Of a stretch of DNA of 64,000 bases, positions 27,830-37,816 are shown piece by piece (position 1 is the stretch's first letter; the number at the start of each line of letters is the position of its first letter). A program made the position numbers and the translations under genes. Under the pieces are notes generated by a model, which was given only the letters and a program-made list of their open reading frames with translations, did no database searches and had not been told where the DNA came from. Source of the stretch: Pseudomonadota bacterium (GTDB lineage: Bacteria > Desulfobacterota > Binatia > UBA1149); contig JACNKC010000057.1 of assembly GCA_014382245.1 (NCBI GenBank), forward strand, positions 174 through 64,173, read 5' to 3'.

Positions 27830-28854
27830 GGAATCAGCGCCAGGCGGATGGGCGAGTTTCGGCGAGAGTCGAGGTCGGCGAAGGCCGAGGCGGCGTCCTC
27901 GAGCGGGTAGCGTTCGGTTATCGATCGCGAAAGATCCAGCGTGCCCGCCGCCGCCATCTCTACCACGCGGTCAAGTTCGGTACGGGTGTAGCCCATCGAG
28001 CCGGTGATCGAGATCTCCTTGCCTATGAACGAGACCAGCGGTGGCAGGCGAGGGCGGTCGATGCCCACGCCGCCGAGCACCACGCGGCCGCTTCTTGCCA
28101 CGCAACGCAAGGCCAGCGAAACGGTGGCTTCGCCGCCTACGAATTCGATCACGCAGGCCGGTCCCTCGCCGCCCGCTGCCCTGCGAACCTGCCGATGGGC
28201 GTCGTCGGCGCGACCGTCCACGCAGACATTGGCACCGGCAGCGCGCGCTTTTTCCAGCGCGCCTTCGCTGGCGTCGATCGCTACCACGGTGCCTGCTCCC
28301 AGTATGCGAGCGAGCAACAAAACGTGGTAGCCAACGCCGCCGCAGCCTATTACGGCCAGGCTCTCGCCAGGCTGCAAGGCGCCGCGCGTAGCAACGGCGT
28401 GGTAGGCAGTGGCCACCGCGTCGGCCAGTATGGCCCCGTGTTCAAAGGGGAGGGTGTCGGGCAGCGGCAGCGTGCAGGAGGCCGAAGCGACTACGCGCTG
28501 AGCAAAAGTACCGTCGCGTGCCATGCCGAAAATCTGCGCGCTCGCGCACAGGCCCAGGTGCCCGTCAAGGCAGGGACCGCACTCGCCGCAGGTCTCGCTG
28601 GGCAACAACAACACGCGGTCGCCCACCGTGCGGTCGGTAACCCCGTCGCCGACCGCGGACACGACGCCGGCACCCTCGTGTCCCATGACTACCGGAAGGC
28701 CAGGCAGCGGTAAACGGCCGTGCACGGCGTGCAGGTCGGTGCCACACACGCCGGCGGCTTTTATATCTACGAGCACTTCGCCCGGGCCAGCGACGGGCTC
28801 GTCTACTTCTTCTACTTCGACCCTGTTTTCCGGGTGCAGTCTTACCGCTTTCAT
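27826..28854 (-). CDS. zinc-dependent alcohol dehydrogenase (MDR family)
   Basis: GHEGAGVV zinc site, CGxCxxC structural zinc motif, GCGGVGYHVLLLARILGAG NAD-binding motif. Confidence 0.85.
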   Translation of the reverse strand: MKAVRLHPENRVEVEEVDEPVAGPGEVLVDIKAAGVCGTDLHAVHGRLPLPGLPVVMGHEGAGVVSAVGDGVTDRTVGDRVLLLPSETCGECGPCLDGHLGLCASAQIFGMARDGTFAQRVVASASCTLPLPDTLPFEHGAILADAVATAYHAVATRGALQPGESLAVIGCGGVGYHVLLLARILGAGTVVAIDASEGALEKARAAGANVCVDGRADDAHRQVRRAAGGEGPACVIEFVGGEATVSLALRCVARSGRVVLGGVGIDRPRLPPLVSFIGKEISITGSMGYTRTELDRVVEMAAAGTLDLSRSITERYPLEDAASAFADLDSRRNSPIRLALIP

Positions 28855-28877
28855 GTTCCTGTCTCCGCTGCCTGTTT

Positions 28878-30455
28878 TTACTCGGCGCCGTGTACGCCGC
28901 CTTCGGCGTTCTTCCAGTGGGGCTCGCGCAGGGCACGGCGCATGATCTTGCCGACCGGTGTCCTGGGAAGTTCGTCCATGATGTCGATTGCCTTGGGTAC
29001 CTTGAATCGCGCGAGACGCTCCTTGCAGAAGGCCAGAAGCTCTGCCTCGCTGGCGCTGGCCCCGGGCCTCAGCGAAACGGCAGCACGTATGGCCTCACCC
29101 CACTTGGGGTCCGGTATCGCGAAGACCGCGCAGTCGGCTACCGCGGGGTGCTCGGCGAGCTCACTCTCTACTTCGGCGGGGTATACGTTGAAGCCACCGG
29201 TTATGATCTTGTCTTCCTTGCGGTCGTCCAGGTAAAGGTAGCCACGTTGGTCGGTGTGTCCGAGGTCACCGGTGTAAAGCCAGCCGTTGCGGAGGCGGGC
29301 CTCGTCGAGTTCCGGGCGTTTCCAGAAACCCGGTGTCGTCCACGGCGCACTTACGCAGATCTCGCCGGTTTCGCCCACTTCCGCTTCCGCACCCGACTCG
29401 TCAACCACGCGCACCTGCGCGAAGGCCGGCCGCTCGCGTCCCACCGACCTGAGCCACTCGCCTTCCTGTTCGAGTGCCGCCGCGTGCTCGTCGGGGCCCA
29501 TGAAGGTGTTGAGTGCGTAGGCTTCGGTTTGTCCGAAGCCGGTGTAGAGCACGGGCCCCACGCGTTCGAAGGCGCGCTTGACCAGCGCCGGTGCCGCCGG
29601 CGCAGCGGCGTATACTATCGCCCGCAGGCTCGAAAGGTCGGCCTGCTCGGCGCCCGGGTGGTCGAGCAGCATGCGCAGCAGGGTGGGAATGATGAGCACC
29701 ATCGTTACCCGGTGTTTCTCGATGGCGGCTATCATCTCTTCGAGGTCGGGGGTGGGCAGGATGACCAGGGTAGCGCCACCCATCCAGCAGGTGTCCATGG
29801 CGCGGCCGCCGAAGTGGCTCAGGGCCAGCTGTCCGAGCAAGCGGTCGTCGGGGTTGACGTCGAAGCTGGTCTGCCAGGAACTCATGGCCGCGGCCACGCT
29901 TCCGTAACTGTGGGTCACTCCCTTGGGGTGGCCGGTGGTGCCCGAGGTATACAGTATCTGCGCGAGCGACGTTGCCGGGCGGTCCAGCGAGGGACGTTCG
30001 AAGGTTTCCTTGTTGGCCAGGGCCGACAGGTCGTGATCGGCCGCAGTGCTGGCGCCCGCGGTCGCATCGCCGGCCACCGATAGAACCGACGCTCCCCCGG
30101 CGGCCGCCCGTGCCCGCTCCACCCCCCTGGCCGACAGGCCGACCACGAAACTGGCCTCGGAGTCGTTGACCATGAAAGAGTGCTCGCTTTCGGTGAGCGC
30201 GCCCAGCAGCGGGACGATAGCTCCACCTGCGCGCGCGATGGCGATCACCGTCCGCACGTACTCTATCGTGTTCTCCTGCACCAGTGCCACGCGCTGGCCG
30301 GGTTCGAGCCCCAGGCCGATCAGTGCGCGCGAAAGTTGGGTGGCGCGTTCGTCGAGCTCGCGGTAGTCCACGCGGCGGTCGCCGTCGATGACGGCGGTTT
30401 GCTCGGGCCAGCTTCGCGCGGCGCGGGCTGGGTAATGGGAGTAGGGCGCTATCAC
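28878..30455 (-). CDS. AMP-dependent acyl-CoA synthetase/ligase
   Basis: LYTSGTTGHPKGV AMP-binding motif. GTG start overlapping the upstream stop (GTGA). Confidence 0.85.
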   Translation of the reverse strand: MIAPYSHYPARAARSWPEQTAVIDGDRRVDYRELDERATQLSRALIGLGLEPGQRVALVQENTIEYVRTVIAIARAGGAIVPLLGALTESEHSFMVNDSEASFVVGLSARGVERARAAAGGASVLSVAGDATAGASTAADHDLSALANKETFERPSLDRPATSLAQILYTSGTTGHPKGVTHSYGSVAAAMSSWQTSFDVNPDDRLLGQLALSHFGGRAMDTCWMGGATLVILPTPDLEEMIAAIEKHRVTMVLIIPTLLRMLLDHPGAEQADLSSLRAIVYAAAPAAPALVKRAFERVGPVLYTGFGQTEAYALNTFMGPDEHAAALEQEGEWLRSVGRERPAFAQVRVVDESGAEAEVGETGEICVSAPWTTPGFWKRPELDEARLRNGWLYTGDLGHTDQRGYLYLDDRKEDKIITGGFNVYPAEVESELAEHPAVADCAVFAIPDPKWGEAIRAAVSLRPGASASEAELLAFCKERLARFKVPKAIDIMDELPRTPVGKIMRRALREPHWKNAEGGVHGAE

Positions 30456-31336
30456 TTGTTCCTGCCGCCTCCCTTGCCGCGGCCCGTAGGAGCAGCGCCA
30501 CCGGGCAGCTCCCTGTCGGCCGGGCCCGTGTAACTCGCGCCCAGTTCGGGCGTGATGATGCGCAGTGGCACGCCGTCGCGTATTTCTTCGACCACGTGGG
30601 CGAGCAGCGCCATGCCGTAACTGAGTGCGCCCAGGCCACCGGTCATCAGCGGATCAAAGCCGAGGTCTGACAGTACGGCGCCCAGCGCACCGGCAAGGTT
30701 TATGGGGATGAGCCTGCCCTTGCGCCGTGCCATTTCTTCTTCCACCGCGTCGAGCAGTTGCCCGTGCTCGTTCCAACCACCCAGCTCGCCCGCCAGCCGC
30801 CTGAGGGCCAGGACCCTGGGCTCGCCTTGCTTGTGCACGGGATGGCCCAGTCCGGGTACAGCGCCTCGGCGTTCGATCCAGGTGTCGATCAACTGCGCCG
30901 CGGCAGCCGCCGGTTCGAGCTCCAGGGCTACGCCTTCGATGAGCATCTCGGCGGGTTCCTGGGGTGAGCCGGTGACTGATCCACTGGCCAGCATGCCGCT
31001 CGCCAGCGCCGGTACGGGCGAATCGGGGGTGGCCGAGGCCGTGTAGCGAGCCGCGCAGGCCGCCGAGTTTATGAACTGCTGGTCCATGCCGCTGCGCAGC
31101 ACGAGGTCGAACAGGGCGGTTTCGCGTTCGTCGGCCAGCTCACCCCTGAGCAGCAGCCACGCGCTCTCGGTGTAAGACAGCCGCTCGATGAGTTCTTCTA
31201 TGCGGTAACCCCTCACTCGTATGTTGCCCTGCTCGGCACGGCTGATCGAAGTGCTCCAGTAGTCGCTCCAGTCGCCCGATGCCACGTACTGGCCGACGTG
31301 TCGTTTTGGTTTTTTGCCGCTTTTACCGTTGCCCAT
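30452..31336 (-). CDS. citrate-synthase-family protein (short form, citryl-CoA lyase-like)
   Basis: PGLGHPVHKQGEPR matches the citrate synthase signature G-x-G-H-x-V-x-K-x2-[DE]-P-R. Length 294 aa as in the citryl-CoA lyase subfamily. GGGAGAG RBS. Confidence 0.55.
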   Translation of the reverse strand: MGNGKSGKKPKRHVGQYVASGDWSDYWSTSISRAEQGNIRVRGYRIEELIERLSYTESAWLLLRGELADERETALFDLVLRSGMDQQFINSAACAARYTASATPDSPVPALASGMLASGSVTGSPQEPAEMLIEGVALELEPAAAAAQLIDTWIERRGAVPGLGHPVHKQGEPRVLALRRLAGELGGWNEHGQLLDAVEEEMARRKGRLIPINLAGALGAVLSDLGFDPLMTGGLGALSYGMALLAHVVEEIRDGVPLRIITPELGASYTGPADRELPGGAAPTGRGKGGGRNK

Positions 31337-31357
31337 GTTGGTCTCTCCCGCTGCCGG

Positions 31358-32149
31358 TTATCTGCCCTTGAAAACGGGTTTACGTTTATCGAGAAAAGCC
31401 CGCGGTCCTTCCTGCGCGTCTTCGCTCTGCCGCACGGGTTCGGCCAGCAGTTGCTCCAGGCGCAGGCCTTCTTCCAGGGGAAGGTCGAGCCCACGCAACA
31501 CCGCCGCCCGCGCGGCCTGTACGGCCAACGGCGCGTTGGCGGCTACGAGTCCGGCCAGCTCGGTGGCCTGTTCGAGCAGGTCGGCGGCATCCACCACGCG
31601 GCTCACCAGTCCTACCCGCAGCGCTTCTTCGGCGTCCAGGCGTCGCCCGCTCATGATCATGTCCAGGGCGACCGACGGTCCTACCAGCCGCGGCAGGCGC
31701 TGGGTGCCGCCGGCGCCTGGTATGAGCCCGTGCGTGACCTCGGGCAGGCCGAAGCTGGCCGTGTCGGCGGCCAGGCGAATGTCGCAGGACAACGCGAGCT
31801 CGAGCCCACCGGCCAGGCAGGCCCCGTTTATCGCGGCGATGATGGGTTTCTCGATTCGCATGTTACGCGTCAGTCCGCCCAAGCCGGGCTGTTGCTCTGA
31901 GCGGCGCAGTCGTTCGGTCGGGCCCAGGTTCCGGTAGAACTCGCCCACGCCCCTCATGTCGGCGCCCGAGCAGAAGGCCTTGTCGCCGGCCCCCGTGAGC
32001 ACGGCTACGCGCAGGTCCGGGTCGTCGTTGAAGCGTCGCCAGGTAGCCACCAGCTCGTCGCTGGCATCGAAGTCGAGCGCGTTGCGCACTTCGGGGCGGT
32101 CGATCGTGACAAGCGCCACGCCGCCTGTTGTTTCAAAGAGTATGCTCAT
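31358..32149 (-). CDS. enoyl-CoA hydratase/isomerase (crotonase family)
   Basis: Crotonase fold motifs (ALVTIDRPEVRNAL, GAGDKAFCSGADM). ATGA overlap with the upstream DUF35 gene. Confidence 0.85.
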   Translation of the reverse strand: MSILFETTGGVALVTIDRPEVRNALDFDASDELVATWRRFNDDPDLRVAVLTGAGDKAFCSGADMRGVGEFYRNLGPTERLRRSEQQPGLGGLTRNMRIEKPIIAAINGACLAGGLELALSCDIRLAADTASFGLPEVTHGLIPGAGGTQRLPRLVGPSVALDMIMSGRRLDAEEALRVGLVSRVVDAADLLEQATELAGLVAANAPLAVQAARAAVLRGLDLPLEEGLRLEQLLAEPVRQSEDAQEGPRAFLDKRKPVFKGR

Positions 32150-32607
32150 GTCTTTTTCCCCGTGCTGGCCTCGCTTGTGCCGGTGGTTCCTCCGCTGGTC
32201 GGTTCGAAGCGGGGAATTTTCCGGTCGCCCGCCTGTTCAAACACCAGCTGCACTCTCATGCCGGTGCGCACTGCGTCGGAATCGAGCCCCGTTACGTTCG
32301 ATACCATGCGCGGGCCCTCGTCCAACTCTATGACCGCCACGACGTAGGGCGGTGGTATCGCGGGGTGGTAGCCGTGGCGGTAGACGGTGTACGTCACGAC
32401 CTGTCCGCGGCCGCTCGCCGCGTGCTGGTCGATATAGCTTGACCAGCAGCGCGGACAGCAGGGGCCGGGGGGCAGGAAGTAGTGCCCGCAGTCGCGGCAG
32501 TGCGTCATCATCAGCGATCCGTGTTGGCAGGCTTCCCAGAACGACGCCGTCAGTTGGTCATCTGCGGGCGCGGGGTGCGCGGTTTTCGTGGCTGCCTTTT
32601 CCTCCAT
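32146..32607 (-). CDS. DUF35 OB-fold / Zn-ribbon protein (thiolase partner, ChsH2-C/BbsA-like)
   Basis: CRDCGHYFLPPGPCCPRCWS zinc ribbon followed by an OB-fold. Translationally coupled (1-nt overlap) to the upstream thiolase gene. Confidence 0.75.
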   Translation of the reverse strand: MEEKAATKTAHPAPADDQLTASFWEACQHGSLMMTHCRDCGHYFLPPGPCCPRCWSSYIDQHAASGRGQVVTYTVYRHGYHPAIPPPYVVAVIELDEGPRMVSNVTGLDSDAVRTGMRVQLVFEQAGDRKIPRFEPTSGGTTGTSEASTGKKT

Positions 32608-33746
32608 CAGCGATCTGCTCCCAGCAGAAGTCCGGTGTGTGTGTTCATGCCGAGTCCGTGGCCCGAAACCAGGGCCACGCTCGCGTCAGCTACCTGTCGC
32701 TCACCGGCCTCGCCTCGCAACTGCCGCACGGCCTCGATTACGTGCATCATGCCGCCGCCGTAGCACTCGGCCAGCAGGCCGCCGCTGGTATTCACCGGCA
32801 GGCGGCCGCCGGGAGCGATGCCGCCGTTTTCTACGAACGAACCTGCCTCGCCGCGTGCGCAGAACCCGTAGTCTTCCAACTGCATGAGCAGAACTATGCT
32901 GAAGCAGTCGTACAACAGCGCGAGGTCGACGTCCGACGGCTCGAGGCCCGCCCGCTCGAACAAGCGTGGCGCAGAGCGCGCGGCGGGCAGTTGGTCAAAG
33001 TGCGTGCCATTGCCCATGGTCTGAAGGCTGTGGGCCTGGGCCTGCGAAAGCACGCGCACGGTACTTCGTTCGAGTCGCGCGGCGCGTTCGGCCGACAGCA
33101 CGAGCACGGCGGCCGCACCGTCAGACACCATGCAACAGTCCAACGCCCGCAGCGGTTCGGCCACCGGCTTGCTAGCCAGGTAATCGTCCATGCTGAGCAA
33201 CTCCCTCTTCAGGGCATGGGGCGTGAGCGCTGCGTGGGCGCGTGCGGCCAGCACCACTTCGCCCAGCTGTTCGGGCCGGGTACCGTAGTTATGCGCGTGG
33301 CGGCGCGCGGCCAACGCGTGCATTCCCACTGCACCGAAAAACCCGAAAACCGCGTCGTCGCCGCGGCCGTAGCCGAAGGCGGCGGGCTGCGACAGTGGGC
33401 TGTCTCCATACACGCACAGGCAGGCCGAGCACAGGCCGGCCTCAACGGCCAGCACCGCGCGGCCCACTATGCCCACGCTACCGGCTCCGCCCAGGATCTC
33501 GGAGCCGGCGTAGTCCGGGTCCAGCCCGAGCTGGGCCCCGAGGCGCAAAAAATGCGGAGTTATCCCGTCCAGTATTCCCTGCGCGGGCCCCGGATCGGTA
33601 AGCAGGCCGTCAACGTCGCCGGGCTCCAGCCCGGCATCGGCCACCGCCGCCCTCGCCGCGGTGGTTTCGAGCTGCCACGGTGTGAGGCCGGGCAGGCGGC
33701 CGAATTCGCTGTGCCCCACGCCTGCTATGACCGCGCCTCTGCTCAA
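32607..33746 (-). CDS. SCP-x/Ltp-type thiolase-like protein (nonspecific lipid-transfer-protein thiolase family)
   Basis: RGAVIAGVGHSEFGR N-terminus and thiolase fold motifs. I place the start at a TTG overlapping the ACAD stop (TTGA); the ORF-track start at 33896 would overlap the ACAD gene by 150 nt. Confidence 0.7.
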   Translation of the reverse strand: MSRGAVIAGVGHSEFGRLPGLTPWQLETTAARAAVADAGLEPGDVDGLLTDPGPAQGILDGITPHFLRLGAQLGLDPDYAGSEILGGAGSVGIVGRAVLAVEAGLCSACLCVYGDSPLSQPAAFGYGRGDDAVFGFFGAVGMHALAARRHAHNYGTRPEQLGEVVLAARAHAALTPHALKRELLSMDDYLASKPVAEPLRALDCCMVSDGAAAVLVLSAERAARLERSTVRVLSQAQAHSLQTMGNGTHFDQLPAARSAPRLFERAGLEPSDVDLALLYDCFSIVLLMQLEDYGFCARGEAGSFVENGGIAPGGRLPVNTSGGLLAECYGGGMMHVIEAVRQLRGEAGERQVADASVALVSGHGLGMNTHTGLLLGADR

Positions 33747-34900
33747 GCGACCCCCGCCGGCATGCGTCGCTTGGCAATTATTTCGCGCATGATCTCGCTC
33801 GTGCCCGCTCCCACTCCCCAGTTCTGAACGCCGCGGGCGCAGCGGGCCACGTAGTTTTCTTTCATGAAGCCGTAGCCACCGTGGGCCTGGGCGCATTCGA
33901 GCACGAGGTCGCGCGTGAGTTCAGCGCCGTAAAGCTTGGCCATGCTCACGGTGGTTTCTCCCTGCGGATCTCCCTCGCAGAGTTCTTCGGCGGCGCGGTA
34001 ACTGAGCAGCTCGGAGGCTTCGAGTCGGGTCATGAGATCGGCCATGCGGTGGCGCCACACCTGCATCGAGGCCAGCGGACGACCGAAGGCCTTGCGCTGG
34101 GCCATGTAGTCAAGCGTTTCTTCGAGTACGTCACGGCACAGCGAGTTCATCATTGCCGACAGCACCAGGCGTTCCCCCTGGAAGGCCTGCATGATGTAGC
34201 CGAAGCCCGCGCCTTCTTCGCCCACGAGGTAGCGCCGCGGAACGCGCACGTTGTCGAAGAACAGCTCGGCGGTGTCGCCCGAGTGCAGGTCCACTTTTTC
34301 CAGCGGGCTGCCGACCTGGTAGCCCGGCGAGTCGGTGGGGCACACCAGTATGCTCACTCCGCGCGGGCCCGGGCCGCCGGTGCGCACGGCGAGGGTAACG
34401 AAGTCGGCGCGTACGCCGTTGGATATGAAGATCTTCGATCCGTTTATGATGTAGTCGTCGCCGTCGGCGACCGCAGAGGTAGTGAGGGCCGCCACGTCAG
34501 AGCCGCCGCCGGGCTCGGAAACGCCCAGCGCAGCTATTTTTTCGCCCTTGATGGCGGGCAGGAGCCACTGGTCGCGCAGCTGGTCGCTGCCGTGCGCGTG
34601 GATTATCCCCGTGGCCATTTCGCACTGCACGAGCAGGCCCACCACGCTACCCATGTCGCGGCCACGGGCCAGTTCTTCGACCAGGATCACCGTGTACCAG
34701 TAGTCCAGTTCGCTGCCGCCCCAGCGCGCGGAGTAGCGCACTCCGAGCAATCCCAGGTCGCCGGCCTTGCGAATCAGCTCGTCTGGAAAACGGCCTTGCT
34801 GTTGCCACTGCTCGGCGTTGGGCAGGATCTCGTCGCGCGTGAATCGTCGCACCGTTTGCCTGAATGCCTCGTGTTCTTCGGTCCACCGGGGAAAACTCAT
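33743..34900 (-). CDS. acyl-CoA dehydrogenase
   Basis: Full-length ACAD fold with the usual FAD/substrate motifs (GGSDVAAL-like loop, C-terminal helical domain). Confidence 0.9.
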   Translation of the reverse strand: MSFPRWTEEHEAFRQTVRRFTRDEILPNAEQWQQQGRFPDELIRKAGDLGLLGVRYSARWGGSELDYWYTVILVEELARGRDMGSVVGLLVQCEMATGIIHAHGSDQLRDQWLLPAIKGEKIAALGVSEPGGGSDVAALTTSAVADGDDYIINGSKIFISNGVRADFVTLAVRTGGPGPRGVSILVCPTDSPGYQVGSPLEKVDLHSGDTAELFFDNVRVPRRYLVGEEGAGFGYIMQAFQGERLVLSAMMNSLCRDVLEETLDYMAQRKAFGRPLASMQVWRHRMADLMTRLEASELLSYRAAEELCEGDPQGETTVSMAKLYGAELTRDLVLECAQAHGGYGFMKENYVARCARGVQNWGVGAGTSEIMREIIAKRRMPAGVA

Positions 34901-34930
34901 CGTTTGTTCCTCTTGTCCGGGTTGGCTCGC

Positions 34931-35569
34931 CTAGCGCGCTGCCTTGCCGGGTAGCAATATGCCGCGGGCGAAAACGTCGTCCATGAGTGGCAGCATTTCA
35001 TCGAGATCGTAGTCGTGGGTGTCGAGCATCTCGCGTTCAACCAGCACACGGCCGAGGTGGAACATCAGGTAGGCCACCCGCTCGGGGTCAACGCGACGCA
35101 GAACCTTCTGCCTGATGCCTTCTTCGATCACTCGCTGCAACAGGCCGATGATGCGCGATTCCTGGTCACGGGTAAACGCGTGTGCCGCGGTTTCGAGGGT
35201 CATCTCGGGGTCGCCGGCCAGTGCGTGACCGAGTACGTTGTCGCGGCGGTAGTTCTGCCTGGTGAGTTCTACTACGGTGCGCATTTTTTTGCGTGCGCTG
35301 TTTCCGCCGGCGTTGCCGCTCACAATTTTCTCGGCCTTCGCGATGAAGAACTCGGCGTCGCGCTCAAGCAGGCTGATGTAAAGGTCTTCCTTGTTGCGGA
35401 AGTGTGCGTAGAGGGTAGTGCGCGAGCAGCCGGCCTCGCGGGCGATCTCGTCCATGGTGGTCTTGCGCGGCCCGAAGCGCAGAAACCGCCGGTTAGCCGC
35501 TTCGAGTATCGCTTGGCGTGCGCCGGCGGTGTCCGCGCCGGTCCTGCTGCCCGTTCCTGTCGTCGCCAT
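34931..35569 (-). CDS. TetR/AcrR family transcriptional regulator
   Basis: N-terminal HTH (RKTTMDEIAREAGCSRTTLYAHFRNKEDL). Confidence 0.8.
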   Translation of the reverse strand: MATTGTGSRTGADTAGARQAILEAANRRFLRFGPRKTTMDEIAREAGCSRTTLYAHFRNKEDLYISLLERDAEFFIAKAEKIVSGNAGGNSARKKMRTVVELTRQNYRRDNVLGHALAGDPEMTLETAAHAFTRDQESRIIGLLQRVIEEGIRQKVLRRVDPERVAYLMFHLGRVLVEREMLDTHDYDLDEMLPLMDDVFARGILLPGKAAR

Positions 35570-35678
35570 GCCAGCAACTTAACATTTGACGTTTGTTTGT
35601 CAAGTTGTTAGGGTAGCGTCCGGCTGGAGGCGGTTGGCCACAAGCACCGCCGCAGTGAACGGGGAGAAGAACAACGAC

Positions 35679-36533
35679 ATGGCAGAAAAAGCAGGAGCAA
35701 TTGACGCGTGGGCAACACTGATGCTGCCGGGCAGGTTTGACCGCTGGCCCGAGGAGTTCAAGCACATCTTCCGCCGTTACAGCAGCATAGACCTGTTCGA
35801 AAAGGGTATGACCCCCGAGCAGATGATAGAGCACATGGACGCTGCCGGTGTCGATAAGGTTATGTTCTCGGCCTTTGGCTACGGCGACCTCGAGTTGTTG
35901 AGCAACCAGGAGGTGGCCGAGATATGCGCGAAGTATCCGGATCGCTTCGTAGGCGTGGGCACGGTGGACCCGCGCGGTAAGCCGATGGACGTGGCCCGCG
36001 AAGTTGAAAAACTTGGACGCGAGTACGGCATGAAGGGTGTTCGCCTGGAACCCTACGCCTACGGTGACGGTATGACCGGCGCGCCGCCGAACGGCAAGAT
36101 GTACTGGCCCGTGTACATGAAGTGCGTGGAGCTGGACATGGCCGTGTGCATGCAGGTAGGCCACACCGGCCCGCTGCTGCCATCGGAGGCCGGGCGTCCG
36201 ATCTACATCGACGAGATCGCGCTGTCGTTTCCCGAATTGACCATCGTTGGCTGTCACCTGGGCCAACCGTGGCACGAGGAGATGATGATACTGGCGTGGA
36301 AGCACCCCAACGTTTATGTCGAGACCAGCGCGCGCACGCCCAAGCACTGGCCGCCGTCTTTCGTTGACTTCGTCAAGGGCTGGGGCCGCGACAAGGTGTT
36401 GTGGGCCACCGATTACCCGCTGCTGACCTTTGAGCGCACGCTCAAGGAACTACGCGATCTTGGAATCGACGACGAGATCTACAACAAGGTGGTGCGCGAA
36501 AACTGCGTGCGCGCTTTCAAGCTGGACAAGTGA
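35679..36533 (+). CDS. amidohydrolase-2 family (ACMSD-like TIM-barrel metal-dependent hydrolase)
   Basis: Amidohydrolase_2 length and pattern. ATG at 35679 preceded by GGGGAGAAG; the ORF track starts at 35586. Confidence 0.65.
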   Translation: MAEKAGAIDAWATLMLPGRFDRWPEEFKHIFRRYSSIDLFEKGMTPEQMIEHMDAAGVDKVMFSAFGYGDLELLSNQEVAEICAKYPDRFVGVGTVDPRGKPMDVAREVEKLGREYGMKGVRLEPYAYGDGMTGAPPNGKMYWPVYMKCVELDMAVCMQVGHTGPLLPSEAGRPIYIDEIALSFPELTIVGCHLGQPWHEEMMILAWKHPNVYVETSARTPKHWPPSFVDFVKGWGRDKVLWATDYPLLTFERTLKELRDLGIDDEIYNKVVRENCVRAFKLDK

Positions 36534-36579
36534 GCAGGGCCCCGCGGAAGAAGAGAGCTTGAGCGTGGACGCGGCGGCG

Positions 36580-37014
36580 ATGGGAGCCAACCTGGAGCGT
36601 ATTCCCTTTACGCTGGAGATGGGCCTGGTCATAGAGCGACTGCAGGACGGCGAAACGCACATGCTGCTGCCGGCTGGACGGGGCAATCACAACCTGGTGG
36701 GCACGGTACACGCCGGGGCGGTGTTCACCTTTGCAGAAACCGTGGCCGGCGTAGCTGCCGGTGCCGACACGCTCGAGCACGGGTTTCCCTTCGTGCGCAG
36801 CGCCCGGGTGCGCTACCTGAGACCGGGTGACGGCGAGTTGCACGGGCACGCGAGCGTGGAGGCCGAAGACGTAGCGCGGGTGCTGGCCGAGTTGAGCGAG
36901 TACGGTCGTTCGAGACTCAGCGTGTCAGTCAAGATCGAAGACACCGAAGGGCGGCTGGTGGCCGAGCTCGACGTCGACTACGCCTTCAGACCGATAGCGG
37001 GGGAGAAAAAATGA
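36580..37014 (+). CDS. hotdog-fold thioesterase (PaaI/DUF4442-like)
   Basis: NLVGTVHAGAVFTFAETVAG motif typical of PaaI-type thioesterases. An alternative GTG start lies at 36565. Confidence 0.55.
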   Translation: MGANLERIPFTLEMGLVIERLQDGETHMLLPAGRGNHNLVGTVHAGAVFTFAETVAGVAAGADTLEHGFPFVRSARVRYLRPGDGELHGHASVEAEDVARVLAELSEYGRSRLSVSVKIEDTEGRLVAELDVDYAFRPIAGEKK

Positions 37015-37793
37015 ACGAACTACTGAGAAGCGAAATCAACGACGGCGTGGTGACCATAACGCTGACGCAACCCGGCAACATGAACGCGCTCAGCCTGGGC
37101 ATGCTCGACGTCCTGATGGAGGCCCTCGACCGGGCCGCCGCCGATGACAGCGTGAGAGTGGTCGTGCTTGCCGCCGAGGGCAAGGTGTTTTGTGCGGGTG
37201 CCGATCGGGCCGAGATGATAGAGCGCGAACCCGCCGAGTGGGAACCCATCGTGGATCGTTATCTCGATCCCGTGCGCGCGATAGCGGGCATGGACAAGCC
37301 GGTGGTGGCGCGCCTGCACGGCGACACGGTCGGGGGCGGATTCGGACTGGCGATGGCCTGCGACTTCAGGGTGGCCGTGGAGGGCATACGGCTGGGCGCG
37401 CCGTTTGTTCGCATTGGACTGGCCGGTTGTGACATGTCGGCCGGGTATTTTCTTCCACGCTTGATCGGCCTGGGCGCGGCCACCGAGATGATGATGACCG
37501 GCCGCCTGGTCAAGGCCGAAGAGGCCCTGGCCATGGGCCTGGTTCACCGCGCGGTCGCGGTTGACCAGCTGGACGATGAACTGGCCGAGCTCGTGGGGCG
37601 GCTGAGGAACGGGCCGCCGATAGCGTTGGCGTTTACCAAGCGCGCGATCAGGCGTTCGCTGGATCGCGACATGAATTCGGAGTTCGACTACGAGGTATTT
37701 GCCCAGGTGCAGTGCATACAGACCGAGGATCATCGCGAGGGGGTGAAGGCGTTTTTCGACGAGAAGCGCGCGCCGATTTTTCGTGGAAAGTAG
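37011..37793 (+). CDS. enoyl-CoA hydratase/isomerase (crotonase family)
   Basis: Crotonase fold (GKVFCAGAD oxyanion motif). ATGA overlap with the upstream thioesterase gene. Confidence 0.85.
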   Translation: MNELLRSEINDGVVTITLTQPGNMNALSLGMLDVLMEALDRAAADDSVRVVVLAAEGKVFCAGADRAEMIEREPAEWEPIVDRYLDPVRAIAGMDKPVVARLHGDTVGGGFGLAMACDFRVAVEGIRLGAPFVRIGLAGCDMSAGYFLPRLIGLGAATEMMMTGRLVKAEEALAMGLVHRAVAVDQLDDELAELVGRLRNGPPIALAFTKRAIRRSLDRDMNSEFDYEVFAQVQCIQTEDHREGVKAFFDEKRAPIFRGK

Positions 37794-37816
37794 CAGGCAG
37801 GACGGGAGCAGGGTTC

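Noticed and set aside
29401-30639. 412-aa Arg/Gly-rich minus-strand ORF overlapping the acyl-CoA synthetase and citrate-synthase-like genes
   Set aside because: Alternative-frame artefact. The genuine frames carry the AMP-binding and citrate-synthase signatures.
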